From contig NMRA01000937.1 of the NCBI GenBank assembly GCA_002633005.1, positions 1-64,000 of the forward strand: a stretch of DNA of 64,000 nt, read 5' to 3'. Of this stretch, positions 27,319 through 40,600 are shown piece by piece (the first letter of the stretch is position 1; each line of letters starts with the position of its first letter). The notes under the pieces are model-generated. The model was not told the origin of the DNA and made no database searches. It saw only the letters and a list, made by a program, of their open reading frames with translations. Made by a program: the position numbers and the translations under genes. Origin of the DNA: Phoronis australis. Taxonomy: Eukaryota; Animalia; Phoronida.

Positions 27319-28119
27319 TAGGCAGTTACACCGCCCCTTCCCTGGACGCCACAGGTGTCTGTGGTGATAGCATACCCCCATGAAAAGTTACTCATTTCAA
27401 AACTCAGTAAATAACATTGAATAAAACATGCATAACATGTGCTTTGAATTATAAAATAACACATGCCGTGACTCTGGACTGGAGACAATTTAGTCATAAT
27501 TTGAATACAAAACCCGTTGAGGTTCACTCCAGCTTCCCTAGCTAGTTGTCATTTTGAGGAAGTCAGGTGCAATCTCACCAGTTCACAAGCAAAAGTCCTA
27601 AGGACACAAATCTTGCAAATTCTTCCGGATATCTTTCCTTGCTACTTGTTGTAAGTGTAAGTCACTAGGTCACGCACTCCGCTCGTTCTCTTGTTGTGGC
27701 TTAACTCGCACGACATTAATTAAAATACTTAGTGGTTATCAGTTTTTTGACTGTATTGATTTCATTAATTGGAAACTCATTGAGTTCATTAACCTGTTGT
27801 TCACTTGACATTTAAAAGGCCATGCAGAATATGTAAAACATAGCCAGTTTGTGGTGTGCAATTGAAACAAACTTACACCAGTGTGGTATATGCAGATTGT
27901 GACCTTAGGTGTTCTACAATTACCATTGGTTGTGTCCATAAGGGGGGAGGGGGCAGGCCTTAAATGTGCCTACTAGTATGCACAGGTTACTGATTGGCAT
28001 CAGAGTGGTATTCCGAATAAAAGTAGTTGAGTTGATCTATCTGTTCTCTTGTAGACTATTTTCAAGAGGGGACAGCCTTCATTTTTATGCATCTACTCTT
28101 ATACGTGGTTGCATATTGC

Positions 28120-28845
28120 TTTCAACTCTCTCTGGGCGTCTGACATCTGATGGTGTACTAGTATCGTCTAATCCCGTCGCAGAAGTTTCTTAGAATTTGG
28201 CAGAGTGTCCCTGTGAAGCTGACAACACATGATTACCACTTTTTGGACAGACTTGACTACATTTGTGCCCCCTAGTGGCAATTTAGCTGTTATGTTAGCC
28301 TCCCTATTGATCAAGATGAATTTTTATGTGCCCACCCCCACATGTTTTGGCACATTATGTTGTTATCTTCATTTGTACCGCTGCAGCCAAAACTTCTTGA
28401 TGAATATTTGTAAATTTTGCTGACACGTTCGAAGCATGAATGGGATGGCATGAGCAAGTTTTCGCACAGATTGGGACTACTGCTGTGCCCCCTAGTGACA
28501 AGTTTAGTTTTTAGGTTTCCCTGTATCTACTGAGATTATTGATGGATTTGGCAAATAAGTTTCTATTATGGAGACAATGATATTTTTCTACTTTCAGATG
28601 GATTGTATGTAATGTGCACCTCCTAGTGGTCATTTTTATTATTTTGGTGTTTCGCTTTGGCATCCACCTATCTTTCCCCCAAACCGCTTGAATGATCAGT
28701 ATGAATTTTTACAGATGTGTTCCAGTTGAGATAATCGTGACTGACGTAGATTTTCAGACAGGTCCAACCTTCCCTCTACTGTGGCATCCCCTTGCGGCAA
28801 ATTATGCTTTCTTTGCATTTGTGTGACACCGCCATGCTTGTTGGA
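28120..28845 (-). mobile_element. Degenerate DINE-1/HINE-like repeat
   Basis: tctctgggcgtc motif shared with the 36860 copy; repeated gtgccccctagtg motifs. Confidence 0.4.
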
Positions 28846-31800
28846 AACTTTGGAATGGCATGAATATGTGATCAATCTCAAAACTTCTTCAAAAGCCTTT
28901 TTTGAAAGTTAAACTTGTGGTACAAAATGACTGAGTATGATCTTGGAAAGTGCTATTTCCAGTAACGTGACTGCGACACTGAGAAAGCAGCATGGGATGT
29001 CGCCGATTCACGTGCAATGGCAAGCATGACTTAATGGTTTTGAAAACAACAGAAACAAGGTTATTCCAAACAATGCTTGAGAAATGACGCCAATTTATGT
29101 CCATGTAAAAATACAATTTTTTCTAACTCCACATAGAGAGAGTGTCTAATTGCTCTGAAAATTCGCTCACCTCCTGGGCGACCAGGCAGTTAATCCACTT
29201 GCGTTGTGCCTTTTTAGTTGCATTGGTGACTGGGTGAGTTGATAAGTATATTAATATGTAACTTGTATAATTTTCTCTTTCACAACTCAGATGTAACTTG
29301 TAACCTTGGGAATGCTCACTCTGCCTTCTTACATTCTGGTGTTGCACTGTTTTTGTGTCAAGTGTGTAAACAGCCACTTGACACCGATCTTCAGTTTGAG
29401 CCATGTCACAGTTAATATCTAAACAGGGCTTGAGCCAAGTATCTGCAAAACAATGGAATTCTGCTCAGTTATTCTGTAGTGCAAATGTTTTTAAGTCGAA
29501 GTCGTAGTTCTAGTTAATTTACGACTGTGCCAAAAAGTTTTTGCGAGTGCGTAGCTGCTATTTTGTTTCTCAGATAATTGTTATCATGTTAAATGAAATG
29601 TTCTGTGTTAGCACAGTGTATCTCATTTACATGTTCCAATCTTTGACTTCCTGGGCATTCAGTTAATGTGTTCTACAGGCTTGCAAGCTTCTCGTTGCAG
29701 TGGTGGCCTGTCAGTGTCTGATCTGGTCACTGTCAGTGTTATAAACAAGCACTTGAGTTGACCAAGTATAAGTTGCTAACACTCTTCTATATTCTGTGTG
29801 GTGAGGTGTGTTAGCTGTATTATAATTGTTGCCCTCTCATCCTTGTACAAGGCTGAACTGAAACTAATTTCCTTTAACGTTGATGTCAGTTGCTGTGACC
29901 TTTTTCTGACTGAATTTCTTGGATGAACATGCTTGCCTTAACTAGTTGTGGTGCTACTAGTTTGGGTTTATCTTTGTATTCTCAGATGCCATTAGCGTAT
30001 TGAAATTCATAGAAATTTGAGTGTTACCTTAAGATCTATAAACTGAATGAAATATTTCACACTCTATTGGCATTGTTCCTGTGTTGAGGCAGGTACCTTG
30101 TTGAACATCCAATCTCATCTTACACCTGACGCACAATTAGCTGAACATCACCCTACAGGGGCGCCATCTGTGTCATGGTGGAAATGATAAGCATCATGAA
30201 TGCACATATGAGCGAATGATTACTTCTCGGTAAAATGTCACCGATTTAGTCCTACAATATTGCCAGATTTGACTATTTTCGGAACATTATATCTCAGAAA
30301 TGGATGGTTGGATTCTTATGAAAACTTTCAGATAATGTGGTTTATTCAGTTTTCCAAATTACTGTTGGGAATTGTTTTTAAGGCGTTCACTTTTGCAAAA
30401 AGGGCTGTTGAAAATTAAGACTCGTGATTTTTATAGAAAACTGTTATAGCATTTTTGAATATTTATTTTAAATGGAATTTNCATCCCCTTGTGTGGCAAA
30501 TGATGCTTTCTTTGCATACCGGGTATATATTTTCTGTGACACCGCCATGTTTGTTGGAAACTTTGGAATGGCATGAATATGTGATCTCAAAACTTCATCA
30601 AAGGCATTTTTTGAAAATTAAACTTGTGGTACAAAATGACTGAGTATGATGTTGGAAAGTGCTATTTCCAGTTACGTGACTGTGACACTGAGAAAGCAGC
30701 ATGGGATGTCACCGATGCAATGGCAAGCATGACTTAATGGTTTTGAAAACAACAGAAAGAAGGTTATTCCAAACAATGCTTGAGAAATGACGCCAATGTC
30801 CAAGTAAAAATACAATTTTTTTCTAACTCCACATAGATAGAGTGCCTAATTGCTCTGAAAATTCGCTCACCTCCTGGGCGACCAGGCAGTTAATCCACTT
30901 GCGTTGTGCCTTTGGTGACTGGGTGAGTTGTTAAGTATATTAATATGCAACTTGTATAATCTTCTCTTTCACAACTCAGGTGTAACTTGTAACCTTGGGA
31001 ATGCTCATTCTGCCTTCTTACATTCTGGTGTTGCACTGTTTCTGTGTCATGTGTAAACAGCCGCTTGACACCGAAGATCAGTTTAAGCCGTGTCACAGTT
31101 AATATCTAAACAGGGCTTGAGCCAAATATCTGCGAAACAACGGAATTCTGCTCAGTTATTCTGTAGTGCATATTTTTTTAAGTCGAAGTCGTAGTTCTAG
31201 TTAATTTACGACTGTGCCAAAAAGTTTTTGCGAGTGCGTAGCTGCTATTTTGTTTCTCAGATAATTGTTATCATGTTAAATGAAATGTTCTGTGTTTGCA
31301 CAGTGTATCTCATTTACATGTTCCAATCTTTGACTTCCTGGGCATTCGGCTAATGTGTTCTACAGGCTTGCAAGCTTCTTGTTGCAGTGGTGGCCTGTCA
31401 GTGTCTGATCTGGTCACTGTCAGTGTTGTAAACAAGCACTTGAGTTGACCAAGTATAAGTTGCTAACGCTCTTCTATATTCTGTGTGGTGAGGTGTGTTA
31501 GCTATATTGTAATTGTTGCCCTCTCATCCTTGTACAAGGCTGAACTGAAACTAATTTCCTTTAACCTTGATGTCAGTTGCTGTGACCTTTTTCTGACTGA
31601 ATTTCTTGTATGAACATGCTTGCCTTAACTAGTTGTGGTGCTACTAGTTTGGGTTTATCTTTGTATTCTCAGATGCCATTAGCGTATTGAAATTCATAGA
31701 AATTTGAGTGTTACCTTAAGATCTATAAACTGAATGAAATATTTCACACTCTATTGGCATTGTTCCTGTGTTGAGGCAGGTACCTTGTTGAACATCCAAT

Positions 31801-32167
31801 CTCATCTTACACCTGACGCACAATTAGCTGAACATCACCCTACAGGGGCGCCATCTGTGTCATGGTGGAAATGATAAGCATCATGAATGCACATATGAGC
31901 GAATGATTACTTCTCGGTAAAATGTCACCGATTTAGTCCTACAATATTGCCAGATTTGACTATTTTCGGAACATTATATCTCAGAAATGGATGGTTGGAT
32001 TCTTATGAAAACTTTCAGATAATGTGGTTTATTCAGTTTTCCAAATTACTGTTGGGAATTGTTTTTAAGGCGTTCACTTTTGCAAAAAGGGCTGTTGAAA
32101 ATTAAGACTCGTGATTTTTATAGAAAACTGTTATAGCATTTTTGAATATTTATTTTAAATGGAATTT
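28785..32167. repeat. ~1.69-kb direct duplication around a single N (30481); probably two haplotypes placed in tandem
   Basis: 28785-30480 matches 30482-32167, with SNPs and indels concentrated in the first part. The junction is exactly the N. Confidence 0.9.
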
Positions 32168-34601
32168 GGGCACTAAGTTGTTGTTACCATTGGTTTGCTA
32201 CGAGTATACCTGTCTTTTTACTATATTTATGAAACGGAGATGAAATAATGGTCACTTACAGAGGAGTCCTGCATTATGAGAATTTGTTTTCTCTATTGAA
32301 TGACGGGCTTCATACTGGTTCTCAATATGTGATACCCTATAAATGACTAAAGCCAGATATAATCACGTGACTCAATTGGTGACAGATTGGTGTGAAGTCA
32401 AAAATATAATTGTACAGGCTGTGTATTTTAAGAGAATATTTTGTACTTTTATTGAGTTAAAATCAACAATTGGTTCTAAATAGTTGGCTGAATGCATGGT
32501 CTCGTTAATATGGTCCTACTTGGCGTAAATTTTTATGACCTAGCTATCAGCAGACAATGTTTTGATAAGCTGCATACATTCTCAACATCGTTAGAAGTGA
32601 AAAAATGTTCATAACTGGAGCCCTTGCATTTGTATTGAAATTATGATATAATTAACTATTGTTGGCCTAGTTTTACTTTCAAGACCAACTTAGCCAACTT
32701 AGTCTCTTAGTCTCTTCATCTGGGGGGGCATGGTCTCCATGTCACATGGTCCCCTGTGGGCAGTTTCTGGTGATTGTCTAACTCCATCTGGTGGCTGTCA
32801 CATGAAACGAGGGATTGGCAAATGGAGGGTAACACGTAACCTCCTAGTGTCCTGAAGAATAGCCAAAGATGGGATCGAAAGCTAGACTCTCTTATAAAAC
32901 TAGGCCGCCATTAGGTTATAATAATCATTATTTCATCGATAGAAGCCTTTGAAAAATGAAAAAAGATCAAATTTGGTATTGTCTCAAATTGTTTGAGATT
33001 TTACTAGACAGTTTCTGTGCACTCATACAAATGTGCTGCCTTGGTGAACTGAGTTTACTGGGCCTGTACTACCTATAACTTACGCCCTATCTTCTTGTTT
33101 TACTAAATATTTGTGCCAGGGCAACTTGCTGTCTTGGCACAACTCCACATTCTAATTTCTCAGCTGCACTCCACCTAATAAACAGAGGACAATCAGCTAA
33201 GGAAGAGTATTATGTTTCCCCAGACACAGTTTAGAATTTATACCAGTCTGGAAAAAGTGATCTAGGCCTCTCAAAGGAAAAGTACTCCTGACGCATTCGG
33301 TTCTTAGTTGTAAATGCAAATGCAATTTTAAACCCTAACCCTATTTTACACTGGAAATTTGGTTTGTGAAATTAACAGTTTGATAAACGGTTGGACGTGG
33401 ATAATTTTAAATCTACCATTTACCTGGTTCTGAACAAGCTCTGCTTTAGAATAATCGGTTTGTTGATTTTATTTTTTCATTACTATACAAGTAGAGAAAT
33501 GACTCTTTAATTTGATGGAGAGTTGCTGGACATCTGTGAGTCCTTCCCATGTCCAATGTAGCCTCCAGTCAGACTAGAAACTAAACATTGTGACTTGGCA
33601 TGCTCGACCATTCATTTAATGGCTTTTAATGGGCATCTGCACCTATCAGTGAAAGACATTGAAGGATCTGTGTGAGCCCAGCCAGTTACTTGGACTGGCT
33701 CTTTTAAAACGATCAGTCCACCCAGAGAGTTGTTTTGGACTCTCAATAACACATGTATACTGTTTTATTGTTAATCATAACTGATGGTTCAAGCTGATTT
33801 TGAAGTTTTTCTTGAAACAAACAGTCATATCTCATTCTGGATTATTTTTCACCAAAGTATGTAGTTTTATTATTTACTGGGAACTGGATGTTTGCTTAAA
33901 AATTTCTTCTTGTGTGAAGTCGGTTGACATGGTAAAGTTTTAGGTTAGCACAAGTGGCTGAAACAGTAGTAGTTTTTTAGCCAGACAGACGTGCTGTGTG
34001 TTCAAGGATAAGTTTTCATCAGCTGTTAGTTTCTTTACTCATTATCCGAATCGAATTAATTTTAAAGCAAAAGTTGATGTTAAAGCACATTCCCTCTTTT
34101 CAGTTAACGCAATGATAGACAATGACTCCTACCCCATGCATGCGTATATGCGTCCTTTGAAGTAAGCGATCTGGTTACAAGTAAAAGTGGTCATCAAAAA
34201 CCCTAGCAGTTTTGTGGCAACTCAAACCTCCAGCAAAGTGCCAGCGAAAGTGTCTCTTGCAACTGTGCACATTACTGGCATTTTGCTATTAGCGAAAGTG
34301 GAAGTGAATGGAATATCGATCTGTACTAATATCTCATGTGACACCAGAATGTCCTCGAACAACAACAGACTTTCACGAAATACTACGGTACATAAATTGT
34401 GGTCTGGCACAACTTTCACACTGAGCTAGAACTAAACTGCATTTATGTCAACAAAAGTTCTTAATTTGAATGTATATAAGCAAGTCTGGACTTCATTACA
34501 TATTATCATTCTATATTTTAAGAAGCATGAAGCTGACCTGTGAGAAGTAAAAAGCTTCCTGGTTATCCATTTAGTGTTTCTTTTGCCTTTGCAGAGCCAC
34601 C

Positions 34602-37600
34602 ATGTTCTGGACAGTCCTTGTGACTGTGTGCATGTTGACTGGCTTACGGCCAACTTTAGGATGCAATGAGGCAATATGTGCCAGCCAAGTTAGCAAGTGT
34701 TTGCTGCTGGAGTCTTGTTCTTGCAACATGGATGATAAGAAGAACTGTACATGCTGTAAAGATTGTCACCAGTGTTTGGCTGAGCTCTATCTTGAGTGTT
34801 GTTCATGTGTTGGTAAGTACGTGTGGTGTGTGTTCATGTGTTGGTAAGCACAAGTGTAAGGACTGTTATCCAATAGCGGAGTTGCAACGGAATCGATTTA
34901 ACGATTGCGCATGTCCGGAAATTAGGGTGCGCAAAGGCTACTGGGATTGTTGATGGTAAACGGGATGACCGACTGGTTTGCACGACGTGTAATTTGTGTG
35001 CATTAAACTACGCTGCTGTATGTAATTCTGCCGCTATTCGCCCTAATTAGCGCCCATGGCTCAACAAGTGCCCCAATGCTTTTTCAGACTTTGCTAAAGT
35101 AAGCGCACAGCCCATGAACTACATGCGAAAAATGCCCTTACCTACAGTTCTAACATCTTCAATTTATCAATTGAAAGATCCGACAGCCTGAATTTGTAAC
35201 GGACCACGAGCCTCACCGTTATGTCCGTATACACTTCAAACTTACGTCGCGATTCAAAAAGAACGCAGAAGTTTTGCTGCTCTTGCGAGGGATGTGCCCC
35301 ACTACGCGGGTCTGGACTTTGAAAAGAGACACAGCATACTTGTCAAAGAGCGGGATTGCATTGTTTCTTTCCAGTACAGATCTTCTCCGGCCTCAAACTT
35401 CTTTGTGCATGTGAAAACCGTGAATCGAAGACTAATAAAAAAAACTCGACCAGTGTTAGCATGCGACCAAGAAGCACGCGCTGCATAATGTACCGACTGT
35501 CATCGAAGATTAATCGGGTAACATAGCATCGGCAAATAAATATTGGCACTAATTTCCGAAAGTTTCCAATACCGTAAAAAGCTTCTGCAATATTTTTAAG
35601 AGAAATTATTTAACTAATCATAATTGGTGTTTTTAAGGTCAAAATGACCCACTTCGCACCCTTACACCCCAAATCTTCCGGGAAGTAGCTGTTACACTAC
35701 GGTCACGCATCCACTCACCCGGCGACTCAATGAGTGACATGTCGGTCTTACCGAAAAAATTCTCGAACGTTTTTAGCAGATGAGGCCAGCAAGTGCTAAG
35801 CCGTAAATATTAAAACACGCTCTGCTTGACTGCTTGACTTATTTTTTTTTTGGATACAATGCACAGCTAGATCATTACATTACTCTGGCAAATGAACTCT
35901 GATGACAAGCACACGCACGCTTACTCTCACACACACGCATACAAACTTCAAAACAAACGTCACGTGACAACAACTTGTGTTCCCACAGAGATTTTTCTCG
36001 GGTTGCGTGCTACAATCTAGCGTAGATTTGGACTTAATCTGCAGTTAATCCAGACTTCACAAGAACTTAAAAATCTTAGAGACGCTATTTGGAAAACTTG
36101 AGGAGGATTTCAGGTAATTTGTTGAGNAAACACATGCGGAGTGTGTTCATGTGTTGGTAAGCACAAGTGTAAGGACTGTTATCCATGTCTGACTGAGCTC
36201 TGTCTGGAGTGTGTTCATGTGTTGGTAATTACATGTGGAGTGTGTTCTTGTGTTGGTAAGCACAAGTGTAAGGACTGTTATCCATGTCTGACTGAGCTCT
36301 GTCTGGTGTGTGTTCATGTGTTGGTAAATACATGTGGAGTGTGTTCATGTGTTGGTAAACTCATGCGTAAGGACTGTTATCAATGTCTGAGCTCTGTCTG
36401 GAGTGTGTTCATGTGTTGGTAAATACATGTGGAGTGTGTTCATGTGTTGGTAAACTCATGTGTAAGGACTGTTATCAATGTCTGACTGAGCTCTGTCTGG
36501 TGTGTGTTCATGTGTTGGTTGGATAAAAATATAGGGATATATTATTCAATATCATTCTGTAACCAAGCCTGTCACAACTGCCTGTGAGACTTCCTCTCTC
36601 AGTGTTGTGAATGTGGAATGTTGTTATTGTAGGATATGTGTTTACCAGGACTTGCACAATTTTGTACTACCTACAGGTTTCATTAGATGGGAGATTTCAA
36701 AGGCCTCCAGGCCATCTCGCTTGCTTTATTGTTATTTTGAAGGCTATCTCAGACATGTGTACCTTGGACATTGTAGTTGGGCCCCTCGGTCATTTCGCTG
36801 ATCAGCCTCTTGGTTGCAATGTGATCATTTTTATGTGCCCACATATTTATTGCCGAAATCTCTGTCTGGGCGTCCAGCGTCCACAGCTGTATCTCCTAAA
36901 CCCCTTTCAGGACCTTGATGAGATTTTGCAGACTTGTTCCTATGAAGATGACAACGGATGACGGCAAATTTCCGCCTGGTCTGATGACGGGTGGTGATTT
37001 TCTGACGACTTCGACTACTGTGACGCCTCCCAGAGGCGTTATTTTTCCGCCAATCGCTGTATGTGCTAAAGCCACTGCAGGATCTTTATTAAATTTAGCG
37101 AGTGTATTTATATGAAGTTGACAACAGAGGACGATGACTTTCAGACTGATCCGAGGATTGCTGTGTTCCCTAGTGGCAATTTCATTGTTTCCATTTTTTT
37201 CCTCTGTTTCTCTGAAGTCCCTTGACGGATTTTTATGAAAGTTTGGTTATAGCTTTCTATTAAGGAAACGATGATCTTGTTTCGGATGGATTCCACGTAT
37301 TTTGCACCATCTAGTGGCCACTTCTATAATATAAATAAACACCTCTAAAAGCACACCATTTGCATTGCATTCGTGGGTGCATTTCAACGCTCCACGTTGC
37401 TCTTGTATACTGTATTGGGTGTTGCCTTCATTTTCTGAATTTGGAAAGACAATTGATTAATGATGAACATCACAAAGAAATAGGCTTCATTTTTTGGGTT
37501 AACTTTTTGAATTCCATACCTCTTCAATTATATCTTTTGTTTTAAGTAATTAGTGTTCAAGTATCGTAATTACTGATTGATTAATTACATCAGTGATTAT

Positions 37601-40600
37601 TGATGTAATTGCTAATGAGTCTAATTAGTGTTAATTAGGAAAACAATTGTTTGAGTCCTGACCATTCCGTCATGTTTTCGATCAAACTTTAATTAACCAC
37701 ACTAATTCTTTTTCAAGGTAATAGTTTTGTTCGCTTTGGAAACGAACAAAGCCTTTTCTACGTGGACAATCACAGCTAATCAATTCTAATTTGTTACTAC
37801 AACAATAAGTTCATACCTACTTCATACGAGCTATTGTATTACTTGAGATCATTAGCCAGCTGATGTTTTGTTAAGTTGCCCCATTAGCGCTAATTAAGTT
37901 TGGTGGCTAATCAATGTTGTGTCAATGGTTTGTTTATTGTTTGATTATTGACTTGAAGGCTGCAAACATGTATAAATTGGAGTTATTACCCTTAGGTTGT
38001 TGTTGTTGTTGAACCAGAGGGCTGGATGGTGAGTCTAATGTTTGCCAAGTGAGCAGGTGTAGTTTATGTTGTTCTTTGGTGTGATTTGTGGTCCTTGTTC
38101 CACATTTAATGAATGCCTAGTGTTCCATTGTTGATGGCTAGCGATTAGAGATGCAGCATTTTGTACTTGTCATTTGAACGCGTAGATCCAGTTTGAGACC
38201 AGTTGCAGCACTTATCATCTGTGGTATTTAATAATTCTGTTCTGTGTCATGAGTGATGTTAAAGTACCCTCAAAATTTTACCAAAGTTTACTGCAGACGA
38301 GCCTGTCGGTTCCGCAAATGCACCCAGAATGCATATCCAAGGAAAATTTTCCAGGGTTTGTGTGGGTTAAAAACTTTGCATCGGTGAAAATTACTAATTT
38401 TATGAAAAAGGGACTGCAAAGCCTTAAAATTTTCAGTCGCAAATAATCTGCTATTAAACAAAAGGTTCATGCAAGGGTACATTATTGAACAAATTGTCTG
38501 TTAAAGTGACTTCTACTGTATTGGCTCTCCTGATACTCATATGAGATTGGCTCTGCCAAATATACTCCTGGTCATATATTTGTATTTAACTTTTGGTCTG
38601 AAAAATATGTTCTATGTGAATGTATGCCTTGGGTTTGCCTGCCAAAAACTCCGGTTAAACTGTGTATGGGAAACAATTGTTTGAAACTGTGTTTTATTCG
38701 TAGTTTGATTAAATCTTTATCGAGTTGTGTTGTGACACCGTTTGAAAGATGGAAGCTCGCAGGTCACCAGTTTGACCGTCAGGTTTGACCAGTTTGACCA
38801 TCACATCATGGCTTCACTTGTTGTGGAGTGCTGGTCAGTAACAAGCAACATATAACAAAATCCCTACCTAGGGCTATTTGTACTTTCTTTCTGTTACACA
38901 CATTCACTCAACTACACAACACAATAGAGTGTTATCCTAGGTTGATACCACTATCCTTAGATTGGAATAAAGCTTTGATGTTCAGTATGTATAGTGGTGG
39001 CCTGTCAAACCCTAATTGTCAGAAGACAAGTTCTGAATAGAGGAAGGGTTTGATTGCTGTAATAACTCTGATTGGAAGCATTCTTTTGGTTTTTCAATGA
39101 ATCTTGCTGTTAGTCTGTGGCAAGATAGTTTCAACAGTAATCTCAAAACTGAGGCAGACTGAGTAATTATTGAAGTTTTTTGACGTAACAAGAAAAGAAT
39201 CGGAAATGGAATGGTATTCTTGCTATAGAATTTGTATTTGAGATGATTTCTGTTGACAAGGCTCAGAGCATGTGATACCCTGCCATGGTGCACGTTGGAG
39301 ATACAAGATGACATGTTTACCATATCTTCCCGAGTACTTTGCGGCCACATTGTATCTTCCCTTTGCTGAACCTGTCATCACTGATAGAACACAGAGTTGC
39401 ACTTGCTTTTCCGCAAGTGAATTTGCGACCAGGGACCAGTCATAGCAATTGTTATGTGCTGATGTGACTGAGTATAAATTGTAGTTTGTAAAATAATTTC
39501 ATTGCAGTCTGTTACAACTTCACTCACTCCACTTCATTGTTAAGTAAAAATCTTTGATAAACGTAAGGTTACTAAACATGTTATTATGTCTCGACAATAT
39601 TCATATTTCAGTTGGGACTTGTTTATTTTCATCACCATTATCTGCCTTGATTTGTGTTGTTGAATCAGTATTTGACAGACTTTTAGTGTAGAAATAAAAT
39701 ACAGTATTGTTGTTATGTTCAATGTTTCTGTAATTTCATTCATGTCCTTTCAAGATGAAAAAATAGTTTTTTTTGAGAGATTCATGGTTTTACACTACAT
39801 TTCCCTGTGTTGATGTGCTGCAATACTGAACCTAATAGTATAATAGGGTGGTGATTCACAAGTTTCAGTGTCAAGCTGGCTCTTTTAAATTGATGACTTA
39901 AGTGGAAGGTTGTGTATGTAGTGAATACTGATGAATATAAATCTTCTGGTCATAACATGTATTTATTTGAATTTACTGCTGATCACATCTAGGATCTGGT
40001 TCATGAAATTGACTTAAGACAGAAATTTGGTCTTCACAGTTGCTGAAATAAGGTTTAGCCGGGTAATTATAAGAGCAACAGGATTTAAAATAATACATAG
40101 AAGTTATGTCAGTAACTATCAGTTATGTGTATATTCTCACACTTTTGCTCAAGTGAGATTTCATTATTTTATGGAAATAGTTGTGTGGAGCATAAGATCC
40201 AAGTCTTGAGTCATTTTTCTGGAAACAGACCCTTGCATTTGATTGTTTTTGATACTATATTCTCCCTGCAGGTTTGTGTCCGGCGCCAAAAGACCAGGAA
40301 AATCTCTTGAAGACTAGTTCTATTGAAGACCTCGTCTACGACATCCCTGATCTGTTTGACAGTCTCACAGATGGTGAGCTGGGTCCCTGGAGGGTCATGC
40401 GCTATCCAGCTCACGAGAATCTGCTGTATTATAAGCCAGAAGATGACATCTCTACAATAGATGGTAAGTTCCGTCATTTTTAACTTTAGATTTGTCATTG
40501 CCATCACGATTTTAATTCCTGAGGTGGTGGTGTATTTTCATCATGTCTAAAATCTCTTGACCATTTACATCAAACTCTAGCCTGTTTACACTTATACTTT

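Noticed and set aside
27660-28105. Possible tsg transcription start or 5'UTR exons
   Set aside because: Inr-like and acceptor-like motifs are present but boundaries cannot be supported without transcript data.
36141-36422. Cys-rich, metallothionein-like ORF
   Set aside because: It is the translation of the tsg-derived minisatellite, drifting between frames; not an independent gene.
36611-37115. 116-aa and 66-aa ORFs in the tsg intron
   Set aside because: They overlap the HINE-like repeat, have no domain, and tsg exon phases join without them.
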